From NCBI GenBank assembly GCA_015068765.1, contig SVJY01000003.1, positions 1,416 to 65,415 on the forward strand: DNA of 64,000 bases. Direction: 5' to 3'. Shown piece after piece: positions 1-12,424 of the stretch. The notes below the pieces were generated by a model, which saw only the letters and a list, made by a program, of their open reading frames with translations, did no database searches and had not been told where the DNA came from. Within the stretch, counting starts at the first letter, position 1, and the number at the start of each line of letters is the position of its first letter. A program made the position numbers and the translations under genes. The stretch is from Oscillospiraceae bacterium. GTDB lineage: Bacteria > Bacillota > Clostridia > UMGS1883 > UMGS1540.

Positions 1-1429
1 CGTACTTATTTTTAATGACGTCCAGCTCTTCACGGATAATGTCCTTTACCATGCTTTCATTTGCCAGCACTTCCGTATAATAAGCGATTTTTTCCAGTAG
101 CTCTTTATATTCCGCATCAATTTTTTCCCGTTCCAGTCCTTGCAGACGGGCCAGACGCATATCGAGTATCGCCTGTGCCTGCACCTCGGAAAGACCGAAG
201 GCTTCCATAAGGCGGGGCTTTGCATCGTCATAGCTTTGGCGGATAATGCGGATAATTTCGTCAATATGGTCAAGGGCAATCCGGAGACCTTCCAAGATAT
301 GGGCTCTCGCTTCTGCCTTTTTCTTATCGAAGGCCGTTCTTCTGCGGATAACCTCTTCCTGGAAGTCGATATAATGCATCAGCATTTCCTTCAGGTTGAG
401 AATCTGGGGCTGTCCCCCTACGATTGCCAGCATAATTGCCCCGAAGGTTTCCTGCATCTGGGTGTTTTTATACAGCTGATTGAGAATGATATTGCCGCTT
501 GCATCCTTTTTCAGCTCAATGACAATCCGCATACCCTCTCTATCACTTTCGTCACGAAGGTCGGAGATGCCTTCAATCCGTTTTTCCTTGACAAGGTCTG
601 CAATTTTCTGAATGAGCCGTGCTTTATTAACCTGGTAGGGGATTTCCGTTACGACAATCCGTTCCCTGCCGCCATGCTCCTCTACCTCTGCCCGGGCACG
701 CATGATAATGTGGCCCTTTCCCGTTGTGTACATACTGCGGATGCCGCTTCTGCCTAAAATCAGGCCGGCGGTGGGGAAGTCAGGCCCCTTTACAATCTCC
801 ATCAGCTCTTCTATGGAAACTTCCGGGTCCTCCAGCATAGCGTCAATAGCCTGAATGATTTCGCCAAGGTTATGGGGCGGAATATTCGTCGCCATACCAA
901 CGGCGATACCGGACGAGCCGTTGACTAAAAGGTTCGGGAAACGGGAGGGAAGCACCACGGGCTCTTTCAGCCGTTCGTCGAAGTTCGGCATAAAGTCCAC
1001 GGTTTCCTTCTCAATATCTGCCACCATTTCCTGGGCAAGACGGGCCATTCTGGCTTCCGTATAACGGTAAGCAGCCGGGGGATCCCCGTCCACACTACCA
1101 AAGTTACCCTGGCCGTCAATTAAAGGATAGCGAAGGGAAAAATCCTGGGCAAGACGAACGAGGGCATCGTATACCGAGGCATCACCGTGGGGATGATACC
1201 GACCGAGTACGTCACCGACTGTCGTCGCACACTTGCGATACGCCTTATCTGCCGTGATGCCGTCCTCATTCATCGTATAGAGAATACGGCGGTGTACGGG
1301 CTTTAACCCGTCACGCACGTCCGGCAGGGCACGGCCGATAATAACGCTCATGGCATAATCTATGTATGCCGTTTTCATTTCCCGGCTTATCTCGACGGGA
1401 ATAATTTTTTCATTTTCCAGATTAAACAT
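1..1429 (-). CDS. gyrA: DNA gyrase subunit A, N-terminal ~476 codons; the C-terminal part lies beyond the left window edge
   Basis: Absent from the ORF track because it has no stop inside the window. My reverse-strand translation from ATG 1429-1427 reads [56 protein letters not shown]..., the canonical GyrA N-terminus. It lies 15 nt downstream of gyrB. Confidence 0.95.
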   Translation of the reverse strand, partial: MFNLENEKIIPVEISREMKTAYIDYAMSVIIGRALPDVRDGLKPVHRRILYTMNEDGITADKAYRKCATTVGDVLGRYHPHGDASVYDALVRLAQDFSLRYPLIDGQGNFGSVDGDPPAAYRYTEARMARLAQEMVADIEKETVDFMPNFDERLKEPVVLPSRFPNLLVNGSSGIAVGMATNIPPHNLGEIIQAIDAMLEDPEVSIEELMEIVKGPDFPTAGLILGRSGIRSMYTTGKGHIIMRARAEVEEHGGRERIVVTEIPYQVNKARLIQKIADLVKEKRIEGISDLRDESDREGMRIVIELKKDASGNIILNQLYKNTQMQETFGAIMLAIVGGQPQILNLKEMLMHYIDFQEEVIRRRTAFDKKKAEARAHILEGLRIALDHIDEIIRIIRQSYDDAKPRLMEAFGLSEVQAQAILDMRLARLQGLEREKIDAEYKELLEKIAYYTEVLANESMVKDIIREELDVIKNKY

Positions 1430-1444
1430 TTTTTATTCCCTCCT

Positions 1445-3355
<1,911 letters not shown>

Positions 3356-3619
3356 TTATTCCTTTCTTCCCGTCCTCTGCGACCATAGTTTCCACCTTTT
3401 CTCAAGGGTGGCTGCCGTGACGGGTGTTATATACACATACTCTCCTGTAACCACAAAGGATTTCGGTAATTCGGGGGTTGTGGTAATAACCCTTCCCTCC
3501 TTCTCCTTCTTACGCAGAAATTCTCTTGTTACCCAAGAGGTACTGGTATTTTCCATATCCATGATGCCAACGATTTCGCTCATTCGGACGGCATATGCAC
3601 CGCCTATGTGGATATACAT
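3356..3619 (-). CDS. DUF370/RemB(YaaB)-like small protein
   Basis: 87-aa ORF between recF and gyrB, the position occupied by yaaB/remB in Bacillus-type origin regions. The family assignment is from memory of that synteny and size. Confidence 0.7.
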   Translation of the reverse strand: MYIHIGGAYAVRMSEIVGIMDMENTSTSWVTREFLRKKEKEGRVITTTPELPKSFVVTGEYVYITPVTAATLEKRWKLWSQRTGRKE

Positions 3620-4695
3620 ACTGTTCCGCCCTCCACACGGAAAAACCGTGTTTCTCCTTCCAGTTTAACGGCATCCTGTTCGGTGCACGTTAAAATAACC
3701 TGCTTATTATGCATATGGGACAGGAGATAGGTTCTTCTGTCCTCGTCAAGCTCTCCCAAAATATCGTCTAAGAACACCGCCGGGGGCTCGCCGATTTCCT
3801 CTTCCAAAAGAAGACCCTGTGCAATTTTCAAGGCGACTGCCGCCGTCTTCATCTGCCCCTGGGAGGCAAAAGCACGGGCATCCTTTTTCTGAATGAAAAA
3901 TCGCATTTCGTCCCGGTGCGGCCCTATAAGGGATAAGCCTGTATAAATTTCGGCATCCCGCTTTTTTTCAAGGGCCGTATAAAGGGCCTCCGCCTGTTCT
4001 TTTTTCGTTTCCTTCAGCGGTACGGACGGGACATAGCAAACCTCCATTTCCTCGTCCTTTCCTGCCACCTCCAGGTGGACCTTCGCGGCAAGCGGGGCAA
4101 GCCGGGCAAAAAATTCCTTTCTGTACTGCATAAGGGTGGCACCCACCTCTGCCATTTGCTCATTCCACGGGGATAAAATTTCCTTCGCCGGCGAATGCTT
4201 TAAAAGGGCATTTTTCTGCTTCCAGACACGGATATAGGTGCGAAGAGCACCGTAATATGCCGGACGGAAGGCACTGATGGCACTGTCGGTAAACCGCCGC
4301 CTTACCTCCGGGGCTCCCGTAATGATATGAAGCTCATCGGGACTAAACATCACCGCCGGAAACTGCCCCAGTAGTGCACTGGTTTTCTCTAAGGGTGCAC
4401 CGCCAAGCCGAAGAAGCTTTCGTTTTCCGGTGCTGATGATAATTTCCGCCGTCTGTTTTCTTCCGAAGGCGGTATATTCCGTTTGCACCGTGGCAGAATC
4501 TGCCGAAAAACGAATCATTTCGCCGTCTTGTGCCGCACGGAAGCTTTTTGCCGCCGTAAACAGCCAAAGTGCTTCCAGAAGATTGGTTTTCCCTTGTGCA
4601 TTTTTGCCGTACAGCATATTGATGCCGCCGCAAAATTCCAAATCTGCTTCCTTATAATTTCTGAAATCCGTTACCTTCAGCCGACCTATTTGCAT
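3604..4695 (-). CDS. recF: DNA replication and repair protein RecF
   Basis: 363 aa with a Walker A motif (GKNAQGKTNLLEA) and an SMC-like signature/Walker B region (FLDDILGELD). Synteny with dnaN and gyrB fits. Confidence 0.93.
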   Translation of the reverse strand: MQIGRLKVTDFRNYKEADLEFCGGINMLYGKNAQGKTNLLEALWLFTAAKSFRAAQDGEMIRFSADSATVQTEYTAFGRKQTAEIIISTGKRKLLRLGGAPLEKTSALLGQFPAVMFSPDELHIITGAPEVRRRFTDSAISAFRPAYYGALRTYIRVWKQKNALLKHSPAKEILSPWNEQMAEVGATLMQYRKEFFARLAPLAAKVHLEVAGKDEEMEVCYVPSVPLKETKKEQAEALYTALEKKRDAEIYTGLSLIGPHRDEMRFFIQKKDARAFASQGQMKTAAVALKIAQGLLLEEEIGEPPAVFLDDILGELDEDRRTYLLSHMHNKQVILTCTEQDAVKLEGETRFFRVEGGTVCIST

Positions 4696-4704
4696 ATTTC
4701 TTTC

Positions 4705-4914
4705 CTAACTCTGAATCCGAATGATTACGCCCTCTGCCTCCGCCTTGTCCCCGTCCCGAAGCTTCTTGCCTCGTTGGAGGCATACCGCACCGTTTACAAG
4801 CACCTCTCCGCGCTGCACCATTTCCTTCGCCTGCCCGCCGCCGATGCCGAGTGCAACCTTCAGTGCCTGGTCCAGCTTGATATATTCATCACGAAGGGTA
4901 ATTTTCTCTTCCAT
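4705..4914 (-). CDS. S4-domain RNA-binding protein (YaaA-like)
   Basis: 69-aa ORF between dnaN and recF. The GEVLVNGAVCLQRGKKLRDGD stretch is typical of S4-like small proteins at this locus. Confidence 0.8.
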   Translation of the reverse strand: MEEKITLRDEYIKLDQALKVALGIGGGQAKEMVQRGEVLVNGAVCLQRGKKLRDGDKAEAEGVIIRIQS

Positions 4915-4926
4915 ATTATATCCTTT

Positions 4927-6042
4927 CTATTCGCTGATACGTACCGGCAGTACCATAAAGAGGAATTCCTCCCCTTCTGCCGGCCGGATAATACAGGGGT
5001 TACGGCTTCCGTTAAATTCCAAAATGATTTCCTCACAGTCACACACCGACAGGGCATCGTGGAGATACCGCTGGTTAAAGCCGATGCGAATTTCACTACC
5101 GCAGTCGGGAATCTCAATTACGTCATGTGCCTTTCCCACCGCGGTGATACAGTCAATCGCTAAAGTGTCCCCGGAAAGGGTCATCACTACCGGATTTTTA
5201 TATACATCCGTGGAAACAATGGGGTCTGCCCGCTCTACGCAGGTCAGTAAATCCTTCACATCCAGACGGGTCCGGATTTTGAAGTCATTTGGAATAATTT
5301 GGCGATACTGGAAATATTCTCCTGATAAAAGCCGGGAAACGACCTTCGTTTTGCCCACTGTGAAGAGAACATGCTTCGTGCTTGCGGTAATCAGTACCGG
5401 TGTATCATCATCGGGCAGGATTTTAGAAAGCTCTAAAAGCGTTCTTGCCGGTACGATGAAGCTGTAGGGCTCCTCATCCGGATTTTCCGACAGGGGCTCG
5501 TTATGAATAGCCATACGGAAGCCGTCTAAGGCAACCATATGAAAGGTAGTAGGCTCAATTTCAAAGAATACGCCTGTCAGTGCAGGCCGCTCATTCTTTT
5601 GGGCGGCGGCATACACCGTTTGCCGAATCATTTTTTTCAGTGTTTCCGAGGACAGGGTGATACCGGAATCCTCTAAAACCTCCGGCAGTTCCGGAAATTC
5701 CTCCGGATTCATGCCTACAATATTATAGATGGATTTTCCGTTTTGCACGGTCATGGAAAAGTTATCCTGTACCGTTATATCTACCATGCCGGAGGGAAGC
5801 TTACGGATTACCTCGGAGAAAATACGAACGTCTCCCGTAACGATTGCACCATCCTCCCGAATCTCGGCGGGAATACGGCATTCGATGCCGAGCTCTAAAT
5901 TGTTCGCCTTCAAAATAATACAGTCTTCATCGGTATGAATGAGAATTCCTTCTAAAATCGGCATGGAAGCCTTAGTTCCGGCTGCCTTCATCACCGTGGA
6001 TACGGCATCGGACAGAATTTGTTTTTCACAGGAAAAAATCAT
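4927..6042 (-). CDS. dnaN: DNA polymerase III beta sliding clamp
   Basis: 371 aa; N-terminus MIFSCEKQILSDAVSTVMKA...; located directly downstream of dnaA. Confidence 0.95.
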   Translation of the reverse strand: MIFSCEKQILSDAVSTVMKAAGTKASMPILEGILIHTDEDCIILKANNLELGIECRIPAEIREDGAIVTGDVRIFSEVIRKLPSGMVDITVQDNFSMTVQNGKSIYNIVGMNPEEFPELPEVLEDSGITLSSETLKKMIRQTVYAAAQKNERPALTGVFFEIEPTTFHMVALDGFRMAIHNEPLSENPDEEPYSFIVPARTLLELSKILPDDDTPVLITASTKHVLFTVGKTKVVSRLLSGEYFQYRQIIPNDFKIRTRLDVKDLLTCVERADPIVSTDVYKNPVVMTLSGDTLAIDCITAVGKAHDVIEIPDCGSEIRIGFNQRYLHDALSVCDCEEIILEFNGSRNPCIIRPAEGEEFLFMVLPVRISE

Positions 6043-6176
6043 CTGTGGTTCCTCCTTCGCAGTTTGGATAGCGCGCTATAAATATATAAAATAAATATAG
6101 TATTTTTAGTAGAGTATGTGGAAAAGGTGCAAAAGCGAGAAATGGTGCGAAAAAACGGAAAAGAGACGGTGGAAAA
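6043..6176. other. oriC sub-region in the dnaA-dnaN spacer: AT-rich candidate unwinding element plus DnaA-box-like 9-mers
   Basis: AT-rich run tataaatatataaaataaatatagtatttttagtag (about 6077-6112). It is followed by tgtggaaaa (6117-6125, reverse complement TTTTCCACA) and gtggaaaa (6169-6176). Confidence 0.6.
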
Positions 6177-7481
6177 CTATTCCGTGATATCCTTCTTCAG
6201 TGTTGAAATTTCAAGGCGGAAGGACGGGTCCTCTCCCATACTCGCTTCAATTTCGTTTATGCCGTACATAACGGTGGTATGGTGCTTGTCCAGATATTTG
6301 GCAATTTTAAGGTGGGAATACCCTAAAATTTCACGCATGAGATACATGGCAACCTGCCGGGCACGGGCAATATTTTTCGTCCGCTTATTTCCCATGATTT
6401 CTTCTTTTTTAATATGATAGAATTTTGCAGTGCTGTCCACAATCTCGTCAGGGGTGACGGCAGGGCCGGACGTATGCTGGTAGCTTTTCATGGCATCGAG
6501 GGCAACCTCCGTGGTAATTTCGCTGTTGATAAGACCACGGTAGGCAAGCACCCGGTTAAATACGCCCTCCAATTCTCGGATATTGGATGTAATTTTTTCT
6601 GCAATCAGCTCCACGATTTCGTCTTGAATATCAATATGCTCAAGCTGTGCTTTTTTCCGCAAAATGGCAACACGGGTCTCATAGTCCGGGGCGTACAAAT
6701 CCCCGATTATGCCCCATTCAAACCGGGAGCGAAGCCTGTCCTCTAAGGTCTTCATTTCCTTGGGCGGACGGTCGCTTGTGATAATAATTTGCTTATTGGC
6801 ATCGTATAGGGTATTAAAGGTATGGAAAAATTCCTCTTCCGTTACCTTTTTTCCGGCGATAAACTGAATATCGTCCACCATCAGGACATCGACAGAGCGA
6901 TATTTTTCCCGAAATTCATCGTTTCGGGAGTCCTTAATGGAATTAATCAGCTCATTCGTAAAGGTTTCCGCAGATATGTACATGACCTTCATATCATTAT
7001 TATTTTGAATGATAAAATTACCGATTGCATGGAGAAGGTGGGTTTTACCAAGTCCCACGCCGCCGTATAAAAACAGGGGATTATAGGTTCTTGCCGGCGT
7101 TTCTGCAACGGCAAGCGAGGCGGCATGCGCAAAGCGGTTCGAGCCGCCCACAACAAAGCTCTCGAAGGTATATTTTGGATTGAGCGGCATTCCTAAATTT
7201 CGGGATGCCTTTTCTTCTTTTTTCTCTTCAACGTCACCAATATTTACAACGAGGGTACAGCGGGAGCCGCATACGGCAAAGAGAGCATTTTGAATCAGCT
7301 CCTTGTAGCGGTGGTCAACCATATTTTTATTTACGTCTGACGGAACGGAAACGGTAAAGAATCCGTTTTCAAAAGAAATCGGTACGATGGTTAATATCCA
7401 GGTCTGATATCCTACAGATGTAACCTCCTCTTCGATGAGAGGAAGTGCGTGATTCCAGATGTTTAAAATTTCACCGTTCAT
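6177..7481 (-). CDS. dnaA: Chromosomal replication initiator protein DnaA
   Basis: 434 aa with AAA+ Walker A (GGVGLGKTHLLHAIG) and the C-terminal DNA-binding helix region (ARQVAMYLMREILGYSHLKIAKYL..HHTTVMYG). Confidence 0.97.
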   Translation of the reverse strand: MNGEILNIWNHALPLIEEEVTSVGYQTWILTIVPISFENGFFTVSVPSDVNKNMVDHRYKELIQNALFAVCGSRCTLVVNIGDVEEKKEEKASRNLGMPLNPKYTFESFVVGGSNRFAHAASLAVAETPARTYNPLFLYGGVGLGKTHLLHAIGNFIIQNNNDMKVMYISAETFTNELINSIKDSRNDEFREKYRSVDVLMVDDIQFIAGKKVTEEEFFHTFNTLYDANKQIIITSDRPPKEMKTLEDRLRSRFEWGIIGDLYAPDYETRVAILRKKAQLEHIDIQDEIVELIAEKITSNIRELEGVFNRVLAYRGLINSEITTEVALDAMKSYQHTSGPAVTPDEIVDSTAKFYHIKKEEIMGNKRTKNIARARQVAMYLMREILGYSHLKIAKYLDKHHTTVMYGINEIEASMGEDPSFRLEISTLKKDITE

Positions 7482-7511
7482 CTGTGAAAGATCCTTTCAT
7501 AATTTTTTGCC

Positions 7512-7637
7512 CGTGGATAAATAGGAAAACTAAAAATCAGGTATTGTGGAAAACAAACTTTTTTGGGCAAAATCAGCTTGTTTTATGTGGATAAGTCTGT
7601 GGAAAAGTAAAAAATTGCGTAAAATACATGTGGATAA
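7512..7637. other. oriC DnaA-box cluster upstream of dnaA
   Basis: Five 9-mers match TTATCCACA (read on the minus strand): cgtggataa 7512-7520, tgtggaaaa 7546-7554, tgtggataa 7587-7595 (perfect), tgtggaaaa 7599-7607, tgtggataa 7629-7637 (perfect). A very AT-rich tract follows at 7640-7740. Confidence 0.85.
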
Positions 7638-7796
7638 CTAATTCAAATACTTTTCGCTTAATTATATTTATTATACCAAAAAAATCCCTCCTTTGCAACA
7701 AAAATTTAAAATTTATTAAATATTTTTCTATCATTATAAAATGAAAATCTTTTCTTTACAAGGGCAAAAAAAAGGCACAGAGAAAAGGCAAATAAA

Positions 7797-7812
7797 TGTT
7801 TCACGTGAAACA
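7797..7812. promoter_or_regulatory. parS centromere-like site, copy 1
   Basis: tgtttcacgtgaaaca is a perfect 16-bp palindrome. It matches the Firmicutes parS consensus TGTTNCACGTGAAACA. Confidence 0.85.
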
Positions 7813-7834
7813 TTTTATATTTTTTTTATTTTTT

Positions 7835-7850
7835 TGTTTCACGTGAAACA
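7835..7850. promoter_or_regulatory. parS centromere-like site, copy 2
   Basis: Identical 16-mer tgtttcacgtgaaaca, 22 bp downstream of copy 1 and 50 bp upstream of the soj start. Confidence 0.85.
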
Positions 7851-7899
7851 TTTTTGTGCTATAATAGGAGAGAATACGAAACAGATAAAGGAGATTGCC

Positions 7900-8667
7900 A
7901 TGGCAAAAATAATTGCAATAGCAAACCAGAAGGGTGGCGTTGGCAAAACAACTACGGCTGTAAATCTTGCGGCTTGTCTCGCAAAAGCAGGAAAAAAGGT
8001 TTTGCTTGTTGATATGGACCCGCAGGGAAATGCTACCAGCGGTCTTGGAATCGATAACCGAAAAATTGAAAATTCTGTCTATGATGTGCTGATTCGTTCC
8101 GAAAAAATGGAATCGGTGATTGTAAAGACGGATTATTATAATTTAGCGGTGTGCCCGTCCAGTATTGCACTGTCTGGGGCAGAAATCGAGCTTGTAAGTC
8201 TGATGGCAAGAGAATATCGGCTGAAGGAAGCAATAGAAGAAGTGCAGGAAAAATATGACTTTATTCTTTTAGACTGTCCGCCGTCTCTCGGTCTTGTCAC
8301 GTTAAATGCACTCACTGCCTGTCATTCCGTGCTGATGCCCATTCAATGTGAATACTATGCTCTGGAAGGACTGAGCCAGCTTACTGCAACGATTAAACGG
8401 GTGAAAAAGCTGTTAAATCCCAATATTGAAATTGAAGGCGTTTTGATGACGATGTTTTCCTCCCGTACCAATTTAGCAATTCAAGTGGTGGACGAGGTGA
8501 AGAAATTCTTCCCCCAGAAGGTATATAAAACAATCATTCCCCGAAATGTACGCCTGAGTGAGGCACCGGGCTTCGGGCAGCCGGTAATTGTGTACGACCG
8601 GGCAAGCCGCGGGGCAGAAAGCTATACCGAGCTTGCGGAAGAGGTTTTAGAAGCAAACAATATCTAA
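7900..8667 (+). CDS. soj: ParA/Soj chromosome-partitioning ATPase
   Basis: The start is placed at ATG 7900 ([19 protein letters not shown], deviant Walker A), preceded by RBS aaaggag at 7887-7893. The track ORF that starts at 7741 would read through the parS sites. Confidence 0.93.
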   Translation: MAKIIAIANQKGGVGKTTTAVNLAACLAKAGKKVLLVDMDPQGNATSGLGIDNRKIENSVYDVLIRSEKMESVIVKTDYYNLAVCPSSIALSGAEIELVSLMAREYRLKEAIEEVQEKYDFILLDCPPSLGLVTLNALTACHSVLMPIQCEYYALEGLSQLTATIKRVKKLLNPNIEIEGVLMTMFSSRTNLAIQVVDEVKKFFPQKVYKTIIPRNVRLSEAPGFGQPVIVYDRASRGAESYTELAEEVLEANNI

Positions 8668-8685
8668 TAGGAAGGAAGTGGTCAA

Positions 8686-9528
8686 ATGGCAAAAAGAGGC
8701 CTGGGAAAAGGCTTGGATGCACTCTTTTTATCAGAGGATTTACCCCTGCAGGCGGAGGAGGGCGACAAAATTGTTTCCCTTCGTATTACAGAGGTGGAGC
8801 CGAATTTAAAGCAGCCACGGAAGCGGTTTGCTCCCGAGCAGCTGGAGGAGCTTGCCGCATCTGTACGGGAACACGGTATCATCCAGCCGATTGTGGTAAC
8901 GAAAAATGAAAAAGGATTCTATACAATTATAGCCGGTGAACGGCGTTGGCGTGCGGCGAAAATGGCAGAGCTTAAAGAAATTCCGGCGATTATCCGGGAA
9001 TACGACAAGAAAACTGCCAGCGAGATTGCCTTAATTGAAAACCTGCAACGGGAAAACCTAAATCCTATGGAAGAGGCGGACGGTTTTCGGAATCTCATGG
9101 ATTTATATGGGATGACGCAGGAGGAGGTCAGCGAGAAAATCGGGAAAAGCAGAAGTGCGGTGGCAAACGCTCTGCGGCTTTTAGCCTTAAAGGAGCCGGT
9201 ACGGGAGCTTGTCCGGGAAGGAAAAATATCCGCAGGACACGCCAGAACCCTTCTCTCGGCCCAGGATGCAGACCAACTGCTTTTAGCAGAGCGGGTTATA
9301 CAGGAAGGGTTATCGGTGCGTGAGCTGGAACGGCTTGTCAGCCTAAAGCGTTCCGCAAAGAAAGCCCCGGTAAAATATACGGCGGAAATCCGGGACATCG
9401 AGGATCGCTTCTCCAAAAAGCTGGGGGCAAAGGTTCGGGTCAGCGGCAACGCCAAAAAAGGAAAAATTGAAATCACATACGCCGATGCCGGCGAATTTGA
9501 ACGAATTATGGAAATATTTGGAATTTAA
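8686..9528 (+). CDS. spo0J: ParB/Spo0J chromosome-partitioning protein
   Basis: 280 aa with the ParB box (IQPIVV...YTIIAGERRWRAAK) and an HTH region (MTQEEVSEKIGKSRSAVANALRLL). Confidence 0.93.
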   Translation: MAKRGLGKGLDALFLSEDLPLQAEEGDKIVSLRITEVEPNLKQPRKRFAPEQLEELAASVREHGIIQPIVVTKNEKGFYTIIAGERRWRAAKMAELKEIPAIIREYDKKTASEIALIENLQRENLNPMEEADGFRNLMDLYGMTQEEVSEKIGKSRSAVANALRLLALKEPVRELVREGKISAGHARTLLSAQDADQLLLAERVIQEGLSVRELERLVSLKRSAKKAPVKYTAEIRDIEDRFSKKLGAKVRVSGNAKKGKIEITYADAGEFERIMEIFGI

Positions 9529-9644
9529 ACCCCTTTCAAAATTGCGTTCTAAGATAGGGCAAACGAAAAGTCCATATACAAATATTAAAAACGCCTAACG
9601 CTACGCAGAAGCGAATTTTGAGCGTTTAACATGAGGTGATAAAA

Positions 9645-10079
9645 ATGAACAAAAAAATTAAGTCCTTTTGGATGTATACGATCATCCTGTTTACCGTGGC
9701 ACTGGTGCTGGTCCTTTTAAGTCTTGCCATGACCGACTATAAAAAGGCAAATGAAAATTATGAGAGCCGTGTCCAGAGCCTACAGAATGAAAATCTGCAG
9801 CTGAAAGAAGAAAAGGTGCAAAACGATACGACCATTGCAGGACTGAATACAAAGGTGGAAAGCCTTACCACGGAGCTGGACAAGTATAAAAACGCAGAGG
9901 AAGCGTATGCAAATGCCGTGGAATCCATTTATATTGCGGACGGCTACTGTGATGACGGTCTTTACAAAAAGGCGAAGGAAGAAATCGATAAGGTGGATTC
10001 CACCATGTTAAAGGAAAAAATACTCGGCAGATACAAATCGGTAAAAGCAGAAATCGATGCAAATTATGACGGAGAATAA
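9645..10079 (+). CDS. Hypothetical membrane-anchored coiled-coil protein
   Basis: ATG 9645 follows a gagg RBS. The protein has an N-terminal TM helix (FWMYTIILFTVALVLVLLSLA) and then heptad-like QSLQNENLQLKEEK. No family recognised. Confidence 0.6.
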   Translation: MNKKIKSFWMYTIILFTVALVLVLLSLAMTDYKKANENYESRVQSLQNENLQLKEEKVQNDTTIAGLNTKVESLTTELDKYKNAEEAYANAVESIYIADGYCDDGLYKKAKEEIDKVDSTMLKEKILGRYKSVKAEIDANYDGE

Positions 10080-10091
10080 GGAGAGAAAAAA

Positions 10092-11360
10092 ATGTTAGAC
10101 ATTAAACGCTTACGCACAGAAACAGAAGAAATAAAGGCGGCACTTGCCCGGCGGAAAGAGGACGTGGATATTGATGCGGTGCTTGCCCTGGACGAAAAAA
10201 GAAGAGCACTTCTCTATGAAGCAGAGCAGATGAAGGCACGGCAGAACGAGGTTTCCAAAGCCATTCCCCAGATGAAAAAGGCAGGGGAGGATGTGACGGA
10301 AATCCTGGCAGAAATGCGTGCCTTATCCGATAAGGTAAAGCTTCTGGATGGGGAAACCCGGGAAACGGAAGAAGCCTTAGAAAAAATGCTCCTTCGGATT
10401 CCCAATATTCCCAATCCCACCGTGCCCGACGGGGATACGGACGAGGACAATGTGGAAATCCGCAAATTCGGTACGCCTACAGAATTTCCCTTTGAGCCGA
10501 AGGCACATTGGGATTTAGGGGAAAGCCTTGGCATTTTGGATTTTGCCTCCGCGGCGAAAATTACCGGGGCAAGATTTACCGTGTACCGCGGTCTCGGTGC
10601 ACGTCTGGAACGGGCAATTATCAGCTATTTCCTGGACAAGCACACGCTGGAAAACGGCTATACGGAAATTCTGCCGCCCTATATGGTACACCGAAACAGC
10701 ATGGTTGGTACCGGTCAGCTTCCGAAATTTGAAGAGGACGCCTTTAAGGTGACGGATACGGACTATTTCCTCATCCCCACGGCAGAAGTACCGGTGACGA
10801 ATCTGTACCGTGACCAGATTCTGGATGCTGCCGACCTTCCCATAAAGCATGCCGCCTATTCCGCCTGCTTCCGTGCCGAGGCCGGCAGTGCAGGCAGAGA
10901 TACCCGTGGACTTATCCGTCAGCACCAATTTAATAAGGTAGAGCTTGTGAAATTTACTCGTCCGGAGGATTCCTACGAAGAGCTTGAAAAGCTGACAGCC
11001 GATGCAGAAAGCGTACTGAAGGGGCTGGGCCTTCCGTACAGAGTGGTAAAAATCTGTGTAGGGGACCTTGGCTTTACAGCCGCAATGAAGTATGATATTG
11101 AGGTTTGGATGCCGTCCTACGGCAGATATGTGGAAATTTCCTCCTGCTCCAATTTCGAGGATTTCCAGGCAAGGCGTGCGTCCATTCGCTACCGGGATGC
11201 CGGCGGCAAGGCACAGCTGGTACACACCCTAAACGGGTCCGGCGTGGCGGTAGGCAGAACCGTGGCGGCCGTACTCGAAAACTTCCAGCAGGGTGACGGC
11301 AGTGTGGTTATTCCCGAAGTGCTCCGTCCGTATATGGGCGTAGAAAAGATCGAAAAATGA
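10092..11360 (+). CDS. serS: Seryl-tRNA synthetase
   Basis: 422 aa with an N-terminal coiled-coil arm and the class II core ([41 protein letters not shown]). Confidence 0.95.
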   Translation: MLDIKRLRTETEEIKAALARRKEDVDIDAVLALDEKRRALLYEAEQMKARQNEVSKAIPQMKKAGEDVTEILAEMRALSDKVKLLDGETRETEEALEKMLLRIPNIPNPTVPDGDTDEDNVEIRKFGTPTEFPFEPKAHWDLGESLGILDFASAAKITGARFTVYRGLGARLERAIISYFLDKHTLENGYTEILPPYMVHRNSMVGTGQLPKFEEDAFKVTDTDYFLIPTAEVPVTNLYRDQILDAADLPIKHAAYSACFRAEAGSAGRDTRGLIRQHQFNKVELVKFTRPEDSYEELEKLTADAESVLKGLGLPYRVVKICVGDLGFTAAMKYDIEVWMPSYGRYVEISSCSNFEDFQARRASIRYRDAGGKAQLVHTLNGSGVAVGRTVAAVLENFQQGDGSVVIPEVLRPYMGVEKIEK

Positions 11361-12424
11361 GAAAAAGGATTTTTCCGGTTTTTGCAGGGCTTTGTCTCCT
11401 TTTGTCCGGCTGTGGACAGAAGGAAGCGGTGCCGGCTGTGGCAGATGCCACCCCTGTGCCCACGCCTGTGCAATCTGAAATAATCATTACCGCTGCCGGG
11501 GACTGTACCCTCGGCAGCGATCCCCGTTTTGCCTATGGGGGTAGCTTCCATTCCCGCTTTCAGGCAGAAGGAGAAAACCACGGCTACTTTTTCGAGAATG
11601 TGGCACCCATTTTCCGGGCAGATACGCTTACCTTCGTGAATTTTGAGGGAACACTGACAGAATCGGAAAACCGTGCTGACAAGGCGTACACCTTCAAGGG
11701 TCCCGCCCACTACGCAAAAATTCTCACCGAGGGGGACATTGAAGTGGTATCCCTTGCCAATAATCACACCTATGACTTTGGGGAAATCGGCTTTTCAGAC
11801 ACGAGGAAAGCACTGGAAAACGAAAATATCGCCTACGCCTATAACGAAAAAACGGCCCTGTTTTCCGTCCGACCCGGCGAAGCGGCGAGGATAGCCGCGG
11901 GAGAAAAGGGCGAAGGAGAAACGTATATCGGCTTTGCCGCCTTCTCTATTTGGTACGATGACGGGGATGTGCGTGCACGCCTTCGCGATGCGATCACATC
12001 GCTCCGGGAGAAGGGGGCGGATTTGGTGTTTGTGAGCTGTCACTGGGGTCTGGAAGGGGAAAATTACCCCTATGATGTGCAAAAGGCGGTAGGACGGTAT
12101 GCCATTGATGCCGGTGCAGACGGCGTTTTCGGGCATCATCCCCATGTGATACAGGGCATGGAGACCTATAAGGGCAAGGAAATCGTATACAGCATGGGAA
12201 ATTTCTGCTTCGGCGGTAACCATAATCCCATGGATAAGGACTGCTTTATTTATCAGCTGACCTTCCGGACGGTGGACGGCAAGCTGACCGGGGAATGGGA
12301 AAGCGAAATCATTCCCTGCTCTGTTTCTTCCCAGTCCGGCTACAACGATTATAAGCCTACGCCCAGTACCGGGGAAGAAAAGGAACGGATTCTCAGCCGG
12401 ATGGAGAAATATAAGGTAAGCTAA
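11357..12424 (+). CDS. CapA-family (poly-gamma-glutamate capsule synthesis-type metallophosphatase) lipoprotein
   Basis: Lipobox LLLSGCGQ. CapA-like blocks are present: [40 protein letters not shown]. Confidence 0.8.
   Translation: MRKRIFPVFAGLCLLLSGCGQKEAVPAVADATPVPTPVQSEIIITAAGDCTLGSDPRFAYGGSFHSRFQAEGENHGYFFENVAPIFRADTLTFVNFEGTLTESENRADKAYTFKGPAHYAKILTEGDIEVVSLANNHTYDFGEIGFSDTRKALENENIAYAYNEKTALFSVRPGEAARIAAGEKGEGETYIGFAAFSIWYDDGDVRARLRDAITSLREKGADLVFVSCHWGLEGENYPYDVQKAVGRYAIDAGADGVFGHHPHVIQGMETYKGKEIVYSMGNFCFGGNHNPMDKDCFIYQLTFRTVDGKLTGEWESEIIPCSVSSQSGYNDYKPTPSTGEEKERILSRMEKYKVS

Noticed and set aside
140-1064. Plus-strand ORFs 140-757 and 855-1064
   Set aside because: They are antisense to gyrA, whose reverse-strand translation is unambiguous.
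7741-7899. N-terminal 53-codon extension of soj given in the ORF track (start at 7741)
   Set aside because: It would translate through both parS palindromes and an AT-rich tract. A good RBS plus ATG at 7900 gives the canonical [16 protein letters not shown]-terminus.
9529-9644. Possible relatedness of this spacer to the interior of the 12420-12687 element (shared aagatagg and gcgtttaa)
   Set aside because: Only short 8-mers match. That is not distinguishable from chance by eye.
9529-10091. T-box leader upstream of serS
   Set aside because: serS starts 13 nt after the preceding ORF. The only upstream non-coding stretch (9529-9644) is too short and lacks a specifier or T-box sequence that I can see.
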